Shown here: positions 17,313 to 26,638 of the stretch, in pieces
How the letters are laid out: each line of letters starts with the position of its first letter
Numbering within the stretch: the stretch's first letter is position 1
From: Myxococcales bacterium
GTDB lineage: Bacteria; Myxococcota_A; UBA9042; JABWCM01; BTVJ01
Assembly (NCBI GenBank): GCA_045863395.1
Contig: BTVJ01000012.1
Coordinates: 1-64,000 of the forward strand
Direction: 5' to 3'
Length of the DNA: 64,000 nt
The notes under the pieces: model-generated
Seen by the model: only the letters and a program-made list of their open reading frames with translations
Databases searched by the model: none
What the model was told of the DNA's origin: nothing
Translations under genes and position numbers: made by a program

Positions 17313-18193
17313 CCGACCGCTACGACAGCATCTTCCGACCGGGGCTGTTCGCCGGGCAGGTGGCGCTCGTCACCGGAGGCGGCACGGGCATCGGGCGCTG
17401 CATCGCCCACGAGCTGGCGTCCCTGGGCGCGCTGGTCGTGTTGGCTGGCAGGCGCCCGGAGCCCCTGGCCGCCACGGCGGCCGAGATCGTGGCCGCCGGG
17501 GGCCGCGCGGACACGGAGCCCCTCAACATCCGCGACGAGGAGGCCGTGGACCGGGCCGTCGCCGCCATCGTGGAGCGACACGGCCGCCTCGACGCCCTCG
17601 TCAACAACGCGGGCGGCCAGTTCGCCTCGCCGGCCGCCCATATCAAGCCGAAGGGCTGGCGCGCGGTCATCGAGACCAACCTCACGGGCACGTGGTTCAT
17701 CACCCAGGCGGCGTTCACCCGGTGGATGTCGAGGAACGGCGGGGCCGTCGTGAGCATCGTCGCGGACATGTGGAACGGCTTCCCGGGCATGGCGCACACC
17801 GGGGCAGCCCGCGCGGGCGTGGTCAACCTGACCCAGACCCTGGCCATCGAGTGGGGGAGCGCCGGCGTGCGGGTCAACGCGGTGGCGCCAGGCTTCGTGC
17901 TGTCGAGCGGGCTGTCCAACTACCCGGCGCCGGTCCAGAAGATGGCGGCGCAGCTCATGCCCCAGAACCCGTCGGGGCGCATCGGCACGGAGAGCGAGGT
18001 CTCGGCGGCGGTGGCGTTCTTGCTGTCGCCTGCGGCGGCTTATGTCAGCGGGGTCACCCTGCGGGTCGACGGGGGGGCGTCGCTCCAGAAGGCCCCCCTG
18101 GTGCCCACGGGCGCCCACCCTCGCCTCCCCGCCTGGGACGGCTTCCACCTGGCCGCGGAGGTGCCCGACGCGTTCCGGCGCAAGCCGGGGTGA
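17309..18193 (+). CDS. SDR oxidoreductase (AtuB / enoyl-CoA reductase-like)
   Basis: TGGGTGIG, NNAGGQF, HTGAARAG; ATGA overlap with truD. Confidence 0.9.
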   Translation: MTDRYDSIFRPGLFAGQVALVTGGGTGIGRCIAHELASLGALVVLAGRRPEPLAATAAEIVAAGGRADTEPLNIRDEEAVDRAVAAIVERHGRLDALVNNAGGQFASPAAHIKPKGWRAVIETNLTGTWFITQAAFTRWMSRNGGAVVSIVADMWNGFPGMAHTGAARAGVVNLTQTLAIEWGSAGVRVNAVAPGFVLSSGLSNYPAPVQKMAAQLMPQNPSGRIGTESEVSAAVAFLLSPAAAYVSGVTLRVDGGASLQKAPLVPTGAHPRLPAWDGFHLAAEVPDAFRRKPG

Positions 18194-18619
18194 TCATCGC
18201 CGCCGGGGCGCGTCGACGAGGCTCCCGACCGTCAAGGGAGCGCGCGGGGGCGACGGCTCGCCGGTGCGAGTGCTCGGGGGTCGCGGGACCGTAGAGCGGG
18301 ACATGGCGGGCAGGTCGATGAGGGTGCCGCCGCCGGGGTCGGTCGCCTCGGCCGCCAGAGTGACGTCCGTGGTCTCGTGGGACTCGGAGAGCTCTCTCTC
18401 CTCCGCCTCGGTCGGCTCGGTCTCCACCCCTCCGCCCAGCACGGTGGCGATCTCTGTCCAGCGCGCCGCCTGCCCCTCGAGGAGCCCCGCCAGCGCCGCC
18501 CCGCGAGCCCCGCCAAGCTCCACCGCGTGGGCCTCCAGGGACTCGATGAAGCGGAAGAGGTAGCCGAGGTCTCGACTGAACTGGCCGTCCGACTCGGGCA
18601 TCGCGCGCTCCTCCGTCAT
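18194..18619 (-). CDS. Hypothetical protein
   Basis: ATGA overlap with the upstream gene (alternative start 18601 with GGAGGAG RBS); helical FSRDLGYLFRFIESL segment. Confidence 0.6.
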   Translation of the reverse strand: MTEERAMPESDGQFSRDLGYLFRFIESLEAHAVELGGARGAALAGLLEGQAARWTEIATVLGGGVETEPTEAEERELSESHETTDVTLAAEATDPGGGTLIDLPAMSRSTVPRPPSTRTGEPSPPRAPLTVGSLVDAPRRR

Positions 18620-19500
18620 GGGATGGGTTGGGACTGGATGCTCCGCGGCTCCGACTCCACGGCGGCACCGCCGGGCGCCGGCTGCGGGCGGGCGGGCGGA
18701 GCGGGAGCGGGGGCCGCAGGAGCGGGGGCCGGCACGATGACCCGCGTGACGGTCGGGGCAGGCGCGACACCCTCGGGAGCAGTGGCCGGCGCACCCTGCG
18801 GGGCGGTCGGGGGCGCAAGCAGCTCTGGAGCCGGGGCCACCCCTTGGTCCCCTTTCGCCGCCCATGCCGCCATCTCCGCGAGGCACCCGCCGGGCTCCGC
18901 CGTGAACACGGCCGCCCCGGCCACCGCGAAGGTCTGCCCCCCGCGCCTGCGGGCAGCGTAGCCCTCCATGCAGGCGGCGGGGCAGCACGGCGGCGGCCCG
19001 GTCACGGTCGGGGAGGTCAGCTCGCAGCGCATGATGTCACGGACGCAGACGTCGGTATCCCACCCCTTGCCGCGGCACTTGCCATAGAGGGTCAGGCAGC
19101 GCTGGACGGGGCTCGGGGGAAGCGCCAGGGCTGGCGGCTCTGCGACGGCAGGCTCGGGGACGCCCCGCGCCACGGCCCCGAGGTCCACCTGATCGTCGAT
19201 GACCCGGGCAGCCAGAGGCTCCGTGGGGACCATGGGGGGCGGCTCGGGCTCCCGCACGCGCTCCTCTACGAGGACACCGGGCGGCAACCGAGGCTTGTCC
19301 GGCAGCGCCTCCAGGTCGACGGGCGTCTCAGCCGCCATGACCTGCTTGACGGAGGGCGCCCGGGCGACCTCGCTCTGGAGGCGCCGCAGCTCCATGAGCT
19401 CCGGGTCCGGCCCCTCGCGCCGCGGCTCCTCACGCGACTCGCAGGCCATGGCGCTGACCACCATTGCGGCAAGGAAGCTCACTGTGGCTCTGGTCGGCAT
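18616..19500 (-). CDS. Hypothetical lipoprotein, Pro-rich with a Cys cluster
   Basis: SAMAC lipobox-like leader, GGAGGAG RBS, TTGACC-18-TAAGGT upstream. Confidence 0.7.
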   Translation of the reverse strand: MPTRATVSFLAAMVVSAMACESREEPRREGPDPELMELRRLQSEVARAPSVKQVMAAETPVDLEALPDKPRLPPGVLVEERVREPEPPPMVPTEPLAARVIDDQVDLGAVARGVPEPAVAEPPALALPPSPVQRCLTLYGKCRGKGWDTDVCVRDIMRCELTSPTVTGPPPCCPAACMEGYAARRRGGQTFAVAGAAVFTAEPGGCLAEMAAWAAKGDQGVAPAPELLAPPTAPQGAPATAPEGVAPAPTVTRVIVPAPAPAAPAPAPPARPQPAPGGAAVESEPRSIQSQPIP

Positions 19501-19550
19501 CGACTCCTCCGGTGGAACTCGCCCACCTTACTCCCGGCCCCGGTCGACGG

Positions 19551-20066
19551 TCAACGCAGGGGTCGCCGTCGCGTCAGCTCCCCGCTCGGATCCAGGTGCT
19601 CCAGGAAGCCCTCGCAGGCCCCGTGGATCAGCTCGAACACGTTCCTGAAGCCCTCTGGCCCACCGTAGTAGGGGTCAGGGACGTCCCGGAGCTGGGGGTC
19701 TGCGCCGAACTCCAGGAGCAGCCGCACCCGGTCACGGGCCCTCGCCGGTGCCATGTGCAGCAGATCGGCCTGGTTCGAGCGGTCCATGGCCAGGATCCAG
19801 TCGAAGTGGTCGAAGTCCGCCGCCCGGACCTGCCGCGCCCGCTGCCGGGAGATGTCGATACCGTGTTCCCTGGCAACCGCCTGGCTGTGGCGGTTCGGGG
19901 GCTCGCCCTCGTGCCAGGGGCCGGTGCCGCAGGAGTCCACCTCGAACCCGGTCAGTCCACGCTGCCTGACCAGGTGCTCCAGGATCCCGTGCCCGAGGGG
20001 CGAGCGGCAGATGTTCCCCAGGCACACGAAGAGGACCCGCGTAGGGACGATGCTCTGTGCGCTCAC
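19551..20066 (-). CDS. Low-molecular-weight protein-tyrosine phosphatase
   Basis: FVCLGNICRSP P-loop and DVPDPYYG. Confidence 0.95.
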   Translation of the reverse strand: MSAQSIVPTRVLFVCLGNICRSPLGHGILEHLVRQRGLTGFEVDSCGTGPWHEGEPPNRHSQAVAREHGIDISRQRARQVRAADFDHFDWILAMDRSNQADLLHMAPARARDRVRLLLEFGADPQLRDVPDPYYGGPEGFRNVFELIHGACEGFLEHLDPSGELTRRRPLR

Positions 20067-20289
20067 TTCCTCTCCTCCTGTCTGCGTGGGGTCCAGTGTG
20101 CCTTCATCGGCGCCCCATGTTCAACGTGGCGCGCCCCGCCGATCACAAGCCTGTGCCGCCCGTGGGAGCGTTCACGGGTTGCCTAAATTTTCAGCATGTG
20201 CTTAGTTGCGCACCCAAGCCCTCGATTTTACGAGGGAATCTACGTTTGGCAATAGCCATGTATGGCAACTTTGAAAGTGAGGTAACCAA

Positions 20290-21009
20290 GTGACTCAACG
20301 CAAGTGGCTGATTGCGTTGACCTCCGCCCTCGCGGTGGTCATCGGACCGGCGACAGGCGCCGAGGCCAAGGGACACCCGGTCGACGTCCACATCCTCGAC
20401 GACGCGACGCCCGAGGTGGTGGTGTCCGTCATCCAGTACCTCAACCCCGAGGCCCTCCGGCCCGGCACGAAGCTCTACAAAAAGTATTACACCCCCGAGA
20501 AGCTGACCCGCATCGCCAACGCGATCATCGATACCTGCCGTGAGTACGACCACCCTGTCGCACTGTACGTCGCCTACCTCCACGAGCAGAGCCGCTTCCA
20601 GGACGACGCCGTGTCGCGGTACAACGGCTGCGAGCCCGGAGAGCCCCACTGCACTCAGGTCGGCGACCAGTGGTACAGGCGCGTGCCCAACGAGGTCGCG
20701 TGGAAGAAGCCCGTCCGCGGGCTGGACTACGGCATCGCCCAGATCCACTGGCCGGCCAACCGCCTGATTACGCAAGATGACGTGCGGAAGCTGCGGGACC
20801 CCGTCTACGCGGTGCGCACCTTCGCCCGCTGGCTGGAGCGCAACACCGCGTGGTGCGAGCGCAACCGGTCGGCGCAGTGCCGCGAGATGGAGAAGCTCAC
20901 CGGCTGGTCCTGGAACCGGCGCCCGGGCGGGATGAGCATCTACCTCCGTCAGATCATGAAGGCCGTCGGGACGCCCCCAGGGGACACGGCCCAGGCAGAA
21001 GAGGGCTGA
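20290..21009 (+). CDS. Secreted protein, possibly lytic transglycosylase/lysozyme-like
   Basis: Signal peptide ending AEA; HEQSRF and DYGIAQI resemble SLT motifs I and II. Confidence 0.6.
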   Translation: MTQRKWLIALTSALAVVIGPATGAEAKGHPVDVHILDDATPEVVVSVIQYLNPEALRPGTKLYKKYYTPEKLTRIANAIIDTCREYDHPVALYVAYLHEQSRFQDDAVSRYNGCEPGEPHCTQVGDQWYRRVPNEVAWKKPVRGLDYGIAQIHWPANRLITQDDVRKLRDPVYAVRTFARWLERNTAWCERNRSAQCREMEKLTGWSWNRRPGGMSIYLRQIMKAVGTPPGDTAQAEEG

Positions 21010-21010
21010 G

Positions 21011-22555
21011 TCAGATGGCGTGCAGCTTGCGGATGCCCCGCTTGTCCATCACCACCCGCAGGCGCTGAAGCGTCTCGGGGGGCTTGCGGGGCTCCGTGCT
21101 GAACCCGTAGACCACGTTCAGGTGGTAGACCTTGTTGCCCTCGAGCTCCACGATCTCGTCGCGGACCGTGTCGTAGTAGTGCAGCGGGGCGATGTGGTCG
21201 TCCATGTGGATCAGGAACTGGGACACGTTGAACCGGATGATGTCGTTGATGTCCGACACCCGGCGCTTGTCGCCGATGACCCGATCCGTGCGGATCGACA
21301 CGTCCTTGCGGTAGCGGATCACGTTCTCGGGCTTGCCCTCCGCTTCGACGACGCTCAGGCTGGTCCGGTTGCGGGCGCGGACCACGTCCGAGGGCATGGA
21401 CTCGCCCCGCACGAAGGTCATGGACTCGCGGCAGGAGCCGATCTCCTGGCGCGTGCCCGGATCGATGATGCGCACCCGGTGGTCCGCCAGGGTGCTGCCC
21501 AGCTTGTCGAAGAAGTACAGGCGCAGCCCATCCTTGAGCCGGTCCTTCACCATGTAGGTCAGCACGGCGAGGGTCACGAAGGCCATGCTGTCCATGGCGT
21601 AGTGACGCTGCGTGACGATGGTCGCGACGACCGCGAGCAGCATGGCCACGCCGGCGGCCACGGCGGCGATGAACTGCGCGAGCCGCTGCCCCTCCCGCTC
21701 CACGCGCACGTTGAGGAACAGCACGCCCGTCACGAACTTCTTGAGCACCCCGCGGCGGTAGATGTACTCCTCGTTGGTCCCCTCCCGCGAGATGAGCGAC
21801 GGGTAGCCGGCGCGCGCCCGGTGACGCCGCTCTGACGCGATGCGCTCCCGGGCGGCCTCGTAGGGGGCAGCGAGGGCCTCCCGGATGCGCGCGTCCTCCC
21901 GCGTCGCCTTGATCAGCCGCGCCAGGTGCGCCTCCAGGCTGATGCTGACGAACTCGTCGACGTAGGCATGGGCCTCCATGACCTCGGCCGTGAAGCCGGC
22001 GGCGAGCAAGGTGGGGCGCAGCTCCCGCAGCGCTGCGAGCACCGGCTCCAGCTCCGCCATCATGCGGCTCCACAGCGCGCAGGCGTCGGAGACGTCCAGG
22101 CTCTCGGCCTCTCGCGCCTCCTTCGCCCCCAGGATCTTCGCGTGGATCAGGGTCGCCTGGTCCCGTGACTCGGCGCGCAGCGCGGCGCCCAGCAGGCGGA
22201 CCTCGTAGATCAGCCGCGAGACGGCCTCCTCGGAGCGCGGGTCGTTCTGGAAGCGGTTGGCGAGCTTGCGGATCCGCACGAGCGGGGACCGCTTGTTCTG
22301 GGTGTCCGTCAAGCTCTGCAGGGTGTAGCGCGGGGTCTTGAAGCGGATGTAGGTCTGCGTGTCGGCGTAGAACTGGTCCCGCGTGTACGTGTACGGGCCG
22401 ATCCCGAGGCTCTTGGGGACGAAGAACCAGATGTCGGTCCGGTAACGGTTGACCCTCTTCTCGGGGTGGACCTGGTAGTCCAGCTTCATCTCGAACTGGT
22501 TGCGGTCATGCACCCCGATGCGGGGGTCGATGGGCTCGTTGTTGGTCCAGATCAA
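21011..22555 (-). CDS. Hypothetical membrane-anchored protein
   Basis: 514-aa ORF with protein-like composition and a two-helix hydrophobic hairpin; no family recognised. Confidence 0.75.
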   Translation of the reverse strand: MIWTNNEPIDPRIGVHDRNQFEMKLDYQVHPEKRVNRYRTDIWFFVPKSLGIGPYTYTRDQFYADTQTYIRFKTPRYTLQSLTDTQNKRSPLVRIRKLANRFQNDPRSEEAVSRLIYEVRLLGAALRAESRDQATLIHAKILGAKEAREAESLDVSDACALWSRMMAELEPVLAALRELRPTLLAAGFTAEVMEAHAYVDEFVSISLEAHLARLIKATREDARIREALAAPYEAARERIASERRHRARAGYPSLISREGTNEEYIYRRGVLKKFVTGVLFLNVRVEREGQRLAQFIAAVAAGVAMLLAVVATIVTQRHYAMDSMAFVTLAVLTYMVKDRLKDGLRLYFFDKLGSTLADHRVRIIDPGTRQEIGSCRESMTFVRGESMPSDVVRARNRTSLSVVEAEGKPENVIRYRKDVSIRTDRVIGDKRRVSDINDIIRFNVSQFLIHMDDHIAPLHYYDTVRDEIVELEGNKVYHLNVVYGFSTEPRKPPETLQRLRVVMDKRGIRKLHAI

Positions 22556-22693
22556 GGCGAAACAGGCCCTCCACGGGGAAGCGGGGCGGACACCGCCCGA
22601 CCCCGCATCATGGCGCCCTGCCCGAGACAGCGCAAGTTCCCGGACACCGGATCGTCACAGTCCCGTCACGACCGAGTCACAAGGCGCGGGGGG

Positions 22694-24250
22694 TCAGTTC
22701 TGAGCCGTGTCGGGCGGAATGGCGATGCGGATGTGGCGCCCCTCCCGCTTGTCGTGGCCATAGAGGTCGGGCTTGAAGGCGAGGCGCCCCTGCTCATCGG
22801 GAACCACGGTCACGTACTCGAGGAACGCCGGGAAGGGGGTCGCAAGGTCGATCCATACCGTCTTCATGGAGTTGAGCTTGCGATCATACTCCTCGGCGGT
22901 GACGGCGCCGTCCGCGACGGCGAGCTCCCTCCCCAGATCGATGGCGCCCTCGATGTTGACGCAACCGTGGCTGAATACGCGGCGCACAGCCTGGAAGCGC
23001 TCCTTGAACGGGGTATCGTGGATATAGATGTTGCCGCCGCCCCTCCAGCGGAAGATCACGCGCCCGAGCCAGTTGTCGGGCCCCGAGGGCATCCACACCC
23101 GCTCGTGGCCCTCGGAGTCCACGAAGCGCCGAAAGCCGTTCTCCTTGTAGAAGTCCGGGTTCAGCTCGGCGCGGCGGTCGAGGTCGAAGCGCTTGACGCC
23201 AGGGGGGACCCACCAGGGAGGGTTGAGCTGGACGCGGGTGATGGCCCGGTCGAGGCGGTCCGTCTGACCGCCGAGGGTGCCGACGATCGCCAGAGGGCGG
23301 GAGCGCAGCTCGCCATCGCGCCACAGCTCCGCCGTGAACGCCGGGATGTTGACGCGGAGGTACGACGGCAGGTTTCGGGTCGGGCTGCCCTGCCACCGCT
23401 GGATGGCCAGCAAGAGCGAGCGGAGGCGCTCGTGGGCGGGCTCGGCGAGGGCCTTGGTCGTGGGCTTGTCCAGCTCGCCCGTGGGCTCGACGACGTGCGC
23501 CCGCTGCCAGGCACGCAGCGCGGCGTCCAGCGCCTCGGGGTCTCCCTCCCCTTCGAGCCACCCCTCCCAGCGCAGCCGCTCGGCCAGCGTCATCTGCCCG
23601 AAGCCGCCCTGCGCGACCAGCTCCCGGTAGCGCGGCAGCGCCTTCAACAGGCCAGCATACTCCGCGTGGGCGGGCACGAGCTCGCTCCACCAGCGGTCCG
23701 GGTCGGCCAGGGCGAGGCGCGCCCGCTCTGCGAGCCACGGCGCCTTGGGCCGGTGGGTGCGGGTGGCGAGGCGGACCTCCAGGCGGACCACGGCGAGGGT
23801 GGCGGCAACCTCGGCCTCCCGGGTCGCCTCCCGGGCGGTGGTCAGTGCCAGGGTGAGCGTCGCCTCGTCCACGTTCCCCGCCAGCGCCGCCATCAGCGTG
23901 GTCAGGGTCGCGTCCGCCCGCCCGATGGCCTCCAGAAGCGGCGGTCCACCGACCTCCGCCGGGTCGATGGCGTGCTCGGGGAGCGACTCCACGCGCGCGG
24001 CCAGGGACCGGAGCGCCGGCCCGGGCCAGAGCGGCGCCCGGGTTCGAGGGGCGCGCCCGTAGACCGCCCGCAGCACGTCACGCTCGACGGAGTCACGCAC
24101 GGCGGGCGGAGCCCAGGGACCGGAGACCTCCGCGGCGACGTGGGCGGCGGCGACGCGCGCGACGGTGTCGGAGAGCTCGGCGGCCGACGCGGAGGCGCAG
24201 GCGCAGAGCACCATGCACAGGAGCGTGGTCTGTCGTGTCCGGGCGAGCAC
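22694..24250 (-). CDS. L,D-transpeptidase (YcbB/LdtD-like)
   Basis: RVNIPAF, NPPWWVP, YIHDTP...FSHGCV catalytic His/Cys, PG-binding segment, DLYGHD. GTG 24250 with GAGGAGG RBS; the track's extension to 27118 is antisense to the Slt gene. Confidence 0.9.
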   Translation of the reverse strand: MLARTRQTTLLCMVLCACASASAAELSDTVARVAAAHVAAEVSGPWAPPAVRDSVERDVLRAVYGRAPRTRAPLWPGPALRSLAARVESLPEHAIDPAEVGGPPLLEAIGRADATLTTLMAALAGNVDEATLTLALTTAREATREAEVAATLAVVRLEVRLATRTHRPKAPWLAERARLALADPDRWWSELVPAHAEYAGLLKALPRYRELVAQGGFGQMTLAERLRWEGWLEGEGDPEALDAALRAWQRAHVVEPTGELDKPTTKALAEPAHERLRSLLLAIQRWQGSPTRNLPSYLRVNIPAFTAELWRDGELRSRPLAIVGTLGGQTDRLDRAITRVQLNPPWWVPPGVKRFDLDRRAELNPDFYKENGFRRFVDSEGHERVWMPSGPDNWLGRVIFRWRGGGNIYIHDTPFKERFQAVRRVFSHGCVNIEGAIDLGRELAVADGAVTAEEYDRKLNSMKTVWIDLATPFPAFLEYVTVVPDEQGRLAFKPDLYGHDKREGRHIRIAIPPDTAQN

Positions 24251-24385
24251 GGTGGGGACCTCCTCGGGAGCAGCGGATGATAGCGGCGCCTCCGGGGTTG
24301 CACAACAAAGTGATTCGAGATGCGGTGACGGCCCGTCGCCTGGCGTGCCGGGCGGCGAACTTGACCGTCCGCGGGGGTTGCCGCC

Positions 24386-26638
24386 ATGCTCCACGGCATG
24401 TCTACCGCACACCGCGCCCTCCGGGGCCTCGTCGTCACCGCCCTGCTCCTGGCCCTCGCCCCGGCCTCCGCCGAGCCTGGTCCCACCCCGGAGGCCTACG
24501 CCCGAGGCCTCGCCCTCGCCCGCCTCCGCTACGACGCCGACGCCCGCAAGGCGGTCGAGGGATTCCTGGCCACGAGCCCGGCGCCCCCGTGGCAGCGGCG
24601 CGCCCGGTTCCTGCGCGGCGCCCTGGAGCGCCGCACCGGCGACGCGGCCCGCTCCGTGGAGACGCTCCGGGCGCTGCTCCAGGAGCGCGTCAGCTTCGAC
24701 GCCCATGTGCGCCTGGAGCTGGTGCGCTCCCTCCACGCGGCGGGCAAGGCCGCCGATGGCCTGACGGAGCTGCGCGAGCTGGAGAAGCGGAGCCCTGGCT
24801 TCGAGCGGGAGCGGGTGGCGCTGGAGGAGGCGCGGCTTCTGACCCTCGCGGGCGGGAAGGAGGCGGCGGCCGCCTGGGAGCGGGTGCTGTCCATGGAGAG
24901 CAAGGCGCTGCCGAAGGACGAGGCGCGGCGTGAGCTGGCGCTGCTCCACGCAAAGGCGGGCGACGCCGCGAGGGCGAAGGAGCAGTGGCGCCACCTGGTG
25001 CTGCGCATGCCCGAGAGCGTGTACGCCGAGGAGGCCCTCACCCACGTCCCGCTGGCGTCGCTGACCCCCAAGGAGCGCATGGAGCGGGCGGAGCTCCTGT
25101 TCGTGAGGCGCGAGTACCTGGTGGCCAAGGTCGCTTACGAGTCCCTGCTCGGCGAGGCCGCGTTCCGTGACAAGGCCCACCTGATGCTGGGCGCGCTGCT
25201 CAGCGAGCGCCTGCGCACGAGCTACGACGAGGCGCGGGACCACTTCGAGGCCGCCAGCCGCTCCAAGGACCCTGCGGTGGCAGGCCCGGCCACCTACAAG
25301 CTCGGGATCGTCCACGGGAAGCTGGGGCACCACGACAAGGCGGTGAAGGTCCTGCGCACCTACCGCAAGAAGTACAAGAGCGACAAGTCCCACAGCGAGG
25401 CGGGCTTCGAGATCGGGCGGCAATTGCTGGACGCCGGGCAGCACCGCAAGGCCGCGCAGGAGCTCGCCTCGTGGCTGGCGGGCGAGCGGAAGCTCGCGGA
25501 CCGCTCCATGTACGAGTGGTTCGTCGGCTGGGCGCTCTACCGCGGGGGCCACTACGCGGACGCCATCGGCGAGTTCAAGAAGCTGGCTGGGTCGGGAAAG
25601 ACGCTGGTGGGGGACAAGGCTCTGTTCTGGACCGGCAAGGCGCAGGAGGCCCAGGGGAAGCGCAAGGAGGCGACCGCGACACTGAAGAAGGTCATCGCGC
25701 GCTTCCCCCACGGCTACTACGCGTGGCTCGCCGAGCGTCAGCTCTCCGACTGGGGTGTGGAGACGGGCGTGCCCGTGCGCGACTTCTCGGCAAGCGCCGG
25801 GTGGCCGGCCGATCCCTGGGGAGCGGTGAAGCCGGCCGGCAAGGGGAGCGTCACGGCGCTCGACCGGGTTCGCGACCTGGTGGAGATCGGGGCCGTGGAC
25901 CACGCGCGCAGGGTGTGGAAGGACGTGGCGCCGGGCATTCGGGCGGACCTGGGCGCCGCGAAGATGGCCGAGCTCGAGGACGCGCTGGACCCCGTGCTCG
26001 AGCGGTTCCGCGACCGTCGCGCAGCGCGGGTCGGGGCGGCGGCGGGGGCGTTGGCAAAGTATCCCACCAAGGACACGGTGGGCGCGTGGCGTGACGTGTT
26101 CCCCCGGGCATGGGCGCCGCTGGTCACCGTGGCAGCGGAGAAGGAGGGCGTGCCAGAGATGCTCGTCTACGCCCACATGCTCCAGGAGAGCCGCTTCAGC
26201 CCCCGGGCGGTGTCCAACGCGCCGGCCTTCGGGGTGCTCCAGCTCCTGCAGCGCACGGCCCATCGCATCTGCGCGGAGACTGGCGTCGACTACGACCCCC
26301 ACGACCTCTACGACCCGGGCACGAACATCCGCCTCGGGGTGTGGTACCTGGGGGCGCTCAAGCGCCGGTTCAAGGAGCAGACCCCGCTGGCGGTGGCGTC
26401 CTACAACGGGGGTCCGAAGCTCCTGTCCTTCCACATGGACACCCACCCGGGCCTCGACCTGGAGACGCTGCTCGAAGACCTCCCCACGCACCAGTCCCGC
26501 AATTATGCAAGGAAGGTCATCGAGCACTTCCACCGCTACCTGGCCGCCTACGCGACGCCGGCCGAGCGCAAGGCGCAGATGGAGGCGCTGTTCCCGCTGC
26601 CCTTCGACAACGCCTACGAGCAGGAGCCGAGCTACTGA
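24386..26638 (+). CDS. TPR-containing soluble lytic murein transglycosylase (Slt-like)
   Basis: Signal peptide, TPR helices, QESRF, GVLQL, NIRLGVWYL, ASYNGGP. Alternative start 24398. Confidence 0.9.
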   Translation: MLHGMSTAHRALRGLVVTALLLALAPASAEPGPTPEAYARGLALARLRYDADARKAVEGFLATSPAPPWQRRARFLRGALERRTGDAARSVETLRALLQERVSFDAHVRLELVRSLHAAGKAADGLTELRELEKRSPGFERERVALEEARLLTLAGGKEAAAAWERVLSMESKALPKDEARRELALLHAKAGDAARAKEQWRHLVLRMPESVYAEEALTHVPLASLTPKERMERAELLFVRREYLVAKVAYESLLGEAAFRDKAHLMLGALLSERLRTSYDEARDHFEAASRSKDPAVAGPATYKLGIVHGKLGHHDKAVKVLRTYRKKYKSDKSHSEAGFEIGRQLLDAGQHRKAAQELASWLAGERKLADRSMYEWFVGWALYRGGHYADAIGEFKKLAGSGKTLVGDKALFWTGKAQEAQGKRKEATATLKKVIARFPHGYYAWLAERQLSDWGVETGVPVRDFSASAGWPADPWGAVKPAGKGSVTALDRVRDLVEIGAVDHARRVWKDVAPGIRADLGAAKMAELEDALDPVLERFRDRRAARVGAAAGALAKYPTKDTVGAWRDVFPRAWAPLVTVAAEKEGVPEMLVYAHMLQESRFSPRAVSNAPAFGVLQLLQRTAHRICAETGVDYDPHDLYDPGTNIRLGVWYLGALKRRFKEQTPLAVASYNGGPKLLSFHMDTHPGLDLETLLEDLPTHQSRNYARKVIEHFHRYLAAYATPAERKAQMEALFPLPFDNAYEQEPSY

